Below, piece after piece: positions 55,345 to 60,703 of a DNA stretch of 60,703 nt (positions within the stretch are counted from its first letter, which is position 1; every line of letters begins with the position of its first letter). A program made the position numbers and the translations under genes. Source of the DNA: Pseudomonadota bacterium (GTDB lineage Bacteria; Pseudomonadota; Gammaproteobacteria; UBA9214); the NCBI GenBank assembly GCA_029287615.1, contig JARFQV010000223.1, positions 1 through 60,703 on the forward strand. The letters are read 5' to 3'. Under the pieces are notes generated by a model. The model was given only the letters and a program-made list of their open reading frames with translations. It searched no databases and was not told where the DNA came from.

Positions 55345-56694
55345 ATGACTAGACATTATGACTTGATAGCGATTGGAGCCGGTAGCGGTGGATTATCGGT
55401 GGCGGAGCGCGCAGCGCGTTACGGCGCACGATGCGCGGTCGTGGAATCCGGCAAGCTGGGTGGTACCTGTGTGAACCTGGGTTGTGTCCCCAAGAAGGTC
55501 ATGTGGTATGCCGCCTCGATCGCCCATATCCTCGAGGAAGCGGATGGTTATGGTTACCGGATCGCCGGGAGCAGCTTTGACTGGTTTCATCTCAAGCAGG
55601 CAAGGGACGACTACGTCAATGGAATCAATGACTGGTATCACACCTATCTTGCTGATTCCAGTATCGATGAGATATCCGGGCTGGCACGTTTTTCAGACCC
55701 GCGTACGCTGGAAGTAGACGGGCAACGGTATAGTGCAGATCATATCGTTGTCAGTGTCGGTGGATATCCTGCCGTACCCGATATACCAGGCGCGAAGCTG
55801 GGTATCACTTCAGATGGTTTTTTCGACCTGGGCCAGCGGCCTGAACGAGTTGCAGTTGTCGGTGCCGGGTATATTGCCGTGGAACTTGCCGGCATGCTGC
55901 GGGCGATGGGCAGTCAGGTAACCATGTTTCTGAGACGCGAACAGTTGTTGCGTCGCTTCGATGCCATGTTGCGCGAAACCCTCATGGAAGAGTTGGTAAA
56001 TGATGGTATTGATATTCTCTCCAGCGTGAAGCTGAAAGAAATCAGGCGCGAATCAGATGGTACCCTGACAATCCTTTGCCAGGATAACACTCGTGTAGTT
56101 GGCTTTAATTGCCTGATCTGGGCAATCGGGCGAACCCCGGCCAGTGCGGCACTGAACTTGCAGAGTGCCGGTGTCGAGGTGGATGCAGAAGGATACATCA
56201 CGACAGATCGCTACCAGAATACCAGTGTTCCGGGTATTTACGCCGTGGGCGATGTGACCGGTCAGGCGCAATTGACGCCGGTAGCGATTGCGGCAGGGAG
56301 GCGTCTTGGAGATCGTCTGTATGGTGGTATGCAAAACCGCTACCTGCCGTATGAAAATATACCGACGGTAATCTTCAGTCATCCCCCGATCGGTACCGTC
56401 GGTCTCACCGAGGATGAGGCGAGGGATATGCATGGCGATGCAGTCAAGACATACCAGACCCGTTTTATCCCCATGTACCATGCGCTGACCGAGAGGAAGG
56501 TCAGGACAGCCATGAAACTGGTCACGGTGGGTGCACAGGAAAAACTGGTTGGTTGCCACATCATTGGTCTGGGAGCAGATGAAATGCTCCAGGGTTTTGC
56601 GGTGGCATTGCGCATGGGCGCGACGAAAAAGGACCTGGACGATACGGTTGCCATCCACCCGACGAGTGCGGAGGAACTGGTGACGATGAGATAA
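55345..56694 (+). CDS. gor: glutathione-disulfide reductase
   Basis: Redox-active [13 protein letters not shown] and the C-terminal [12 protein letters not shown] typical of Gor. Confidence 0.93.
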   Translation: MTRHYDLIAIGAGSGGLSVAERAARYGARCAVVESGKLGGTCVNLGCVPKKVMWYAASIAHILEEADGYGYRIAGSSFDWFHLKQARDDYVNGINDWYHTYLADSSIDEISGLARFSDPRTLEVDGQRYSADHIVVSVGGYPAVPDIPGAKLGITSDGFFDLGQRPERVAVVGAGYIAVELAGMLRAMGSQVTMFLRREQLLRRFDAMLRETLMEELVNDGIDILSSVKLKEIRRESDGTLTILCQDNTRVVGFNCLIWAIGRTPASAALNLQSAGVEVDAEGYITTDRYQNTSVPGIYAVGDVTGQAQLTPVAIAAGRRLGDRLYGGMQNRYLPYENIPTVIFSHPPIGTVGLTEDEARDMHGDAVKTYQTRFIPMYHALTERKVRTAMKLVTVGAQEKLVGCHIIGLGADEMLQGFAVALRMGATKKDLDDTVAIHPTSAEELVTMR

Positions 56695-56951
56695 TGTGCT
56701 GATAAATAACATTATTATTCATTGATTCGGGTTACGTTGAGAGAAATGCAACTGTACGGTTTGAGGTGACAAAGAACCGGCAGGCGGACATGCGGCTGGC
56801 GTTTCTTCCGAGATCAGCGAGGCTTGACTGAAATTATTGATTTTAATGAAGGTGCCAGTCATCTATGATTATGGCATTGATTTAAAACCGTTCCTGGGGT
56901 TCGTGGCTTGTTCCGGCAATTCGCCAGTAGGGCACTGCAATCCCGATCCTG

Positions 56952-58454
56952 GTGAGAATTCAGGCTGTTAGTGCCTTTCGCTGTGAGCATATCGTGACGT
57001 TGTTCCGCCCAAAATCCATTCTGCGCCTGATCCTGATCGGTTTTATTCTGGTTGCGCTTCCCCTGATGGCGGCGCTGGTATACGCTGTGCTGCGCGTCGA
57101 CGAACTGGTTGATCAAAGCCAGCAAGCGCTCTTTCAGAGTGTTCGGGCAACCCGCAGAAGCCAGGCATTACTGGAGGCATTAACCGCTATGGAGCGTAAT
57201 GCGCGACAGTATCAGGTAATCGGTGACACAGGCCTGTTTGACGGGTATTCACAGAATTACGACAAGTTTGTGGAAACAGCTGCATCACTGTCGGATCTGC
57301 ATCTGGATAATTCACAACGGCAGATACTGGAGCCACTGCGCAGGGATGTGCGCTCCATTCATAGCACACTGAATGAGAAACCGCATGATGCGCCAGATAC
57401 CGAGAGCGCCGTTGCGCGGTTTGATGATCTGGTGCAATCGGCTCAGCAAATCCTGACGTATAATCGACGCCTGATCGATCGGGAAGTCGATAATGTGGAG
57501 GCAACTGCCGGTGAATTGCAGAGAACGCTGGTGTCACTGGCGGGGGCGCTGGTTCCGGTCACACTGGTGCTGACCGTTTTTTTCGCGATATTGATTACCC
57601 GTCCCATTCGCCAGATTGACAGGGCGATACGGCGGCTGGGTGACGAGGAGTTTGGCAAGCCATCCGTTGTCAGCGGTCCACGTGATCTGGTGCAGGTTGG
57701 CGAACGCCTGAACTGGCTGCGTACGCGCCTGCTTCAGCTGGAAGAGGAAAAAACGAAGTTTCTGCAACACATATCACACGAGTTAAAGACGCCACTTACC
57801 GCGGTTCGTGAGGGCGCTGAACTTCTGAATGAACAAGTTGTCGGCAATCTGAATGAACAGCAGCGGGAAATCGCCACGATTCTCCGTGACAATAGTGTGC
57901 AACTCCAGAAACTCATAGAGGACCTGCTGAACTTCAGCGTAGCACGCTCACGAACCTCGGAGTTACACCGAAGCAAGTTGAAACTGGACCGCGTTATAGA
58001 ATCCGTGCTGTCTGATCACAAGGTTGCGATGATGGCTCGCAACATCCGATTGCAGAAATCATTGCGGGAGATCGCCATGTGGGGCGACAAGGAAAAACTG
58101 CGTATTATAGTTGATAATCTCGTGTCCAATGCGGTCAAATACTCACCGGATGGCGGTGAGATCAGGGTGGGTCTGGACAAGCGGGGAAGGCAGGCGCTGA
58201 TCACCGTGGTTGACTCGGGGACTGGCATACCAGATGAAGAAAAGGAAAGGGTGTTCGAAGCCTTCTACCAGGGACGTGGGGCAAGTAACAGTCATATCAG
58301 GGGAACGGGCCTTGGGTTGTCGATCGCCAAGGAATATGTACAGGCGCATGGCGGTGAAATTACGGTTGGAAGCGGTATAGGAACAGGTGCACGATTGCGC
58401 GTTTGTCTGCCGCTGAACAACATGGCTCTTCGTTCCGCAGAGGTTGAAGCATGA
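56952..58454 (+). CDS. glrK: two-component sensor histidine kinase GlrK/QseE-like
   Basis: LFRPKSILRLILIGFILVALPLMAAL...AMERNARQYQVIGD parallels E. coli GlrK (PRSLRQLVMLAFLLILLPLLV...EMERSYRQYCVLDD). The H-box is ISHELKTPL. The start is uncertain (GTG at 56952 or GTG at 56994). Confidence 0.88.
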   Translation: MRIQAVSAFRCEHIVTLFRPKSILRLILIGFILVALPLMAALVYAVLRVDELVDQSQQALFQSVRATRRSQALLEALTAMERNARQYQVIGDTGLFDGYSQNYDKFVETAASLSDLHLDNSQRQILEPLRRDVRSIHSTLNEKPHDAPDTESAVARFDDLVQSAQQILTYNRRLIDREVDNVEATAGELQRTLVSLAGALVPVTLVLTVFFAILITRPIRQIDRAIRRLGDEEFGKPSVVSGPRDLVQVGERLNWLRTRLLQLEEEKTKFLQHISHELKTPLTAVREGAELLNEQVVGNLNEQQREIATILRDNSVQLQKLIEDLLNFSVARSRTSELHRSKLKLDRVIESVLSDHKVAMMARNIRLQKSLREIAMWGDKEKLRIIVDNLVSNAVKYSPDGGEIRVGLDKRGRQALITVVDSGTGIPDEEKERVFEAFYQGRGASNSHIRGTGLGLSIAKEYVQAHGGEITVGSGIGTGARLRVCLPLNNMALRSAEVEA

Positions 58455-58972
58455 TGAGGCTGTTTTGTATCACAATGATGATTCTGCTTGTCGGTGGCTG
58501 CAGCCAATGGTCATACGGGAGGCATACCACACCGGCGGTAGTGGAAGACCGTACAGGTGACACCATACTATGGCTGGCAGCATACCGGAATATCAGGGAG
58601 ATGACACCGGAGCAGCTTGAGCAGAAACTGGTATATGATGAAGAGGCTTACCTGAAAAACCAGGACGCCGAAACAAGCCTGAGGTTGGCGCTGCTGCTGG
58701 CAACGGCAGAACCACCTGTGCAGGACAGGCAGCGTGCAAGGGAGTTACTGGACGAGTTCAATCCGGAGCAGGCCACAGGAACCGAGGTATCCATGGCCAT
58801 GTTGCTGCAGCAAATGCTCAATGAGCAGCTAAACCGGGAAGAAAGGGAAAAGGCGTTACGCAACAGACTGGCAAATGGCGACAGGCGTATAACGGAGCTG
58901 GAAAACCAGCTCGATGCACTGACCTCTATCGAGCAGAGTATCAACAAGCGTGAACAGGGCAGCGAGGAATAG
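58451..58972 (+). CDS. qseG: QseG/YfhG-like lipoprotein
   Basis: Lipobox LLVGGCS, a helical region, and a C-terminal coiled coil ITELENQLDALTSIEQSI (compare E. coli LENLTDIERQL). It has an ATGA overlap with glrK and lies 3 nt before glrR. Confidence 0.75.
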   Translation: MMRLFCITMMILLVGGCSQWSYGRHTTPAVVEDRTGDTILWLAAYRNIREMTPEQLEQKLVYDEEAYLKNQDAETSLRLALLLATAEPPVQDRQRARELLDEFNPEQATGTEVSMAMLLQQMLNEQLNREEREKALRNRLANGDRRITELENQLDALTSIEQSINKREQGSEE

Positions 58973-58975
58973 CAA

Positions 58976-60340
58976 ATGAACGACAGCGGTCATCGGGTGT
59001 TGCTGGTTGATGATGATCCGGGCCTGCTGCGCCTTTTATCACTCAGACTGACTTCGATTGGATACGAGGTGTCGGCCGTTGAAAGTGGTGAACAGGCGAT
59101 GGCGCAGCTGCCTATATTCCGCCCGCACCTGGTAATTACCGATTTACGCATGGATGGAATGGACGGCATGGCCCTGTTCGAAATGATACATAATCGGAGT
59201 CCTGCATTGCCTGTGCTTATATTGACGGCGCACGGAAACATCCCGGATGCGGTCGCTGCTACGAAGAAAGGGGTTTTCAGCTACCTCACCAAACCATTCG
59301 ACAGCCAGATATTGCTGGAACAAATCGAGCGCGCCCTGGAAGTTTCGGGGGAGACTCACACCAATGAACTGGACAAGGCGGATAACGAATGGCGCAAGGA
59401 TATAATTACACGCAGTCCATTAATGGAGGAGTTACTGACACAGGCGCGCCTGGTAGCGGATAGCGAGGCGAGTGTGTTCATACACGGTCAGAGCGGAACC
59501 GGAAAGGAAATGCTGGCATCGGCGATTCACATGGCCAGTCAGAGGAAAAAAGGCGAATTCGTTGCACTCAATTGCAGCGCCATACCCGAGACACTGCTCG
59601 AATCAGAGTTGTTCGGGCATGCAAAGGGTGCGTTCACAGGCGCTTCTCGTGATCATCCCGGGCTCTTTCAGGCAGCGGATGGCGGTACCCTCTTTCTGGA
59701 CGAAATCGGGGACATGCCACCCGGCTTCCAGGTGAAGCTGCTGCGTGTCCTCCAGGAACGTATAGTGCGTCCGGTTGGTTCCACAAATTCCGTACCGGTC
59801 GACGTTCGTATCATCTCTGCATCACATCGTGATCTCAATGACGCACTGAAGTCGGGAGAATTCAGGGAGGACCTCTATTACCGGCTGAACGTGGTAACGC
59901 TGGAACTCCCGTCTCTGGTCGAGCGCAGGGAGGATATTCCGCTGCTGGTCAACCATTTTCTGCAGGAACTGGCAAGCGTCGGTAGAAAAGTTGTCAAGGG
60001 GTTCTCATCGGATGCAATGGAGGTGCTGGTTTCAGCACCCTGGCCGGGGAATGTGCGGCAGCTGTACAATGTGGTTGAACAGGCCATGGCCTTCACCACA
60101 ACGCCGATCATACCGGTAAGCCTGGTACACCGTGCCTTGCGGGACGAATCGGGGGAACTGCCGGCATTTGCCGATGCTCGCCGAAGGTTTGAAAGGGATT
60201 ACCTGATTCAGCTGTTGCAGATTACCAATGGGAATGTCAGCAAGGCCGCACGTATCGCAAAACGCAACCGTACAGAATTCTACAAGCTGTTGCACAAGCA
60301 CCATCTGAATCCATCGCAGTTCAAGCCTGCAGCTCCCTGA
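58976..60340 (+). CDS. glrR: sigma-54-dependent response regulator GlrR/QseF-like
   Basis: VLLVDDDPGLLRLLSLRLTSIGY...ITDLRMDGMDGMALF...ILTAHGNIPDAVAATKKGVFSYLTKP closely parallels E. coli GlrR. It has an AAA+ domain with GAFTGA and a C-terminal HTH. Confidence 0.9.
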   Translation: MNDSGHRVLLVDDDPGLLRLLSLRLTSIGYEVSAVESGEQAMAQLPIFRPHLVITDLRMDGMDGMALFEMIHNRSPALPVLILTAHGNIPDAVAATKKGVFSYLTKPFDSQILLEQIERALEVSGETHTNELDKADNEWRKDIITRSPLMEELLTQARLVADSEASVFIHGQSGTGKEMLASAIHMASQRKKGEFVALNCSAIPETLLESELFGHAKGAFTGASRDHPGLFQAADGGTLFLDEIGDMPPGFQVKLLRVLQERIVRPVGSTNSVPVDVRIISASHRDLNDALKSGEFREDLYYRLNVVTLELPSLVERREDIPLLVNHFLQELASVGRKVVKGFSSDAMEVLVSAPWPGNVRQLYNVVEQAMAFTTTPIIPVSLVHRALRDESGELPAFADARRRFERDYLIQLLQITNGNVSKAARIAKRNRTEFYKLLHKHHLNPSQFKPAAP

Positions 60341-60422
60341 AATCAGGTACTCCTGCATGGAGGGGTTTCAGCGATATAACCGGTGATTTTCACAAACGCG
60401 TGCATACGGACCGATTCCGCCT

Positions 60423-60703
60423 ATGTCGATACGTGATTTTGAAGGCAAGACGCCCCGAATACCGGCTTCAGTCTATGTGGATTCCTCTGCGCTGGTTATT
60501 GGTGATGTGAACATGGGAGAAGATGTATCGATATGGCCCATGTCTGTCCTGCGAGGTGATATCCATACGATTACAATCGGAGCACGCAGCAATATTCAGG
60601 ATGCAAGCGTTCTCCATGTCAGCCATGACAGCCGTTTTGCGCCCGGCGGTTATCCGCTTGATGTTGGCGCGGATGTAACGGTTGGACATCGTGTCATCCT
60701 GCA
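60423..60703 (+). CDS. gamma-carbonic-anhydrase-like hexapeptide-repeat protein (YrdA-like); the 3-prime end runs off the window
   Basis: Absent from the ORF track because there is no stop in the window. My translation reads MSIRDFEGKTPRIPASVYVDSSALVIGDVNMGEDVSIWPMSVLRGDIHTITIGARSNIQDASVLHVSHDSRFAPGGYPLDVGADVTVGHRVILH, which parallels E. coli YrdA. Confidence 0.85.
   Translation, partial: MSIRDFEGKTPRIPASVYVDSSALVIGDVNMGEDVSIWPMSVLRGDIHTITIGARSNIQDASVLHVSHDSRFAPGGYPLDVGADVTVGHRVIL

Noticed and set aside
56053-56712. 219-aa minus-strand ORF inside gor. The same reasoning applies to 51297..51995 inside ubiD, 35787..36410 inside dapF, 30106..30717 across RDD/ubiE, and 18336..18902 inside pyrD.
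   Set aside because: All are antisense to genes with unambiguous conserved motifs. Long shadow ORFs are expected at this GC content.
56695-56993. Searched the gor-glrK intergenic region for a glmY-like sRNA, a sigma-54 promoter and TGTC-N10-GACA boxes. TGGCATTGATTTAAAA and GGCACTGCAATCCCG were inspected.
   Set aside because: Neither candidate has a GC/TTGC element at the -12 position, and no inverted TGTC/GACA repeats were seen. An sRNA cannot be excluded without a covariance-model search.
60468-60689. 73-aa minus-strand ORF at the right edge.
   Set aside because: It is antisense to the clearly recognisable gamma-CA/YrdA-like hexapeptide-repeat reading frame (60423 onward, plus strand).
1-60703. 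Looked for CRISPR repeats, rRNA or tRNA genes, transposases, phage integrases, toxin-antitoxin pairs and known defence-system signatures.
   Set aside because: None were seen by eye. The only recombinase is housekeeping xerC in its conserved dapF context. No regularly spaced direct repeats were noticed. A computational repeat and tRNA scan would be needed to be certain.

Overview
This 60.7-kb window is a gene-dense stretch of gammaproteobacterial chromosome. The species cannot be named from the sequence alone, but gene order repeatedly mirrors blocks I recall from Pseudomonas and E. coli. Most of it is housekeeping. In order: plsC (partial), a MazG-like gene, glyS and glyQ; a PP-loop ATPase with a TusA-like partner; a CDF transporter; glnA, DUF4124, ntrB and ntrC, with readable NtrC boxes and a sigma-54 promoter; class-1 pyrD head-to-head with trmL; gpsA, secB, a rhodanese and a YgaV/BigR-like ArsR regulator, opposite gpmI, envC and ctpA; DJ-1; ubiE, RDD, ubiJ and ubiB; DUF971; hslVU; lptM, lysA, dapF, DUF484 and xerC; an esterase; two c-di-GMP-type loci; argH opposite algZ, algR, hemC and hemD; an Fd-FNR reductase, an SDR, ubiD, xthA, prlC and gor; glrK, qseG and glrR; and a partial gamma-CA-like gene. 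I found no rRNA, tRNA, CRISPR array or transposase, and no recombinase other than xerC. Three real genes are missing from the supplied ORF track: plsC at the left edge, the 50-codon lipoprotein lptM, and the gamma-CA-like gene at the right edge. The best candidate for an undescribed system is the block at 13.5-18.1 kb between ntrC and pyrD. It holds a Csu-ordered operon (major subunit, terminator, paralogous subunit, small secreted protein, PapD-like chaperone) with no recognisable usher. A convergent 674-aa barrel-type outer-membrane protein carrying a C-terminal Cna-B-like module sits opposite it. Secondary leads:
- a THUMP-less ThiI/MnmA-like PP-loop enzyme translationally coupled to TusA;
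- a two-Cys YgaV/BigR-type regulator next to a membrane rhodanese;
- an exported cupredoxin with an amicyanin-type copper loop upstream of a GGDEF-EAL sensor;
- a MazG-like gene coupled to a catalytically dead GGDEF protein;
- an argH whose fumarate-lyase signature is altered at two invariant positions;
- a GlrK-QseG-GlrR module with no visible glmY-like target.

All calls rest on reading the translations and DNA by eye. No database search was run.
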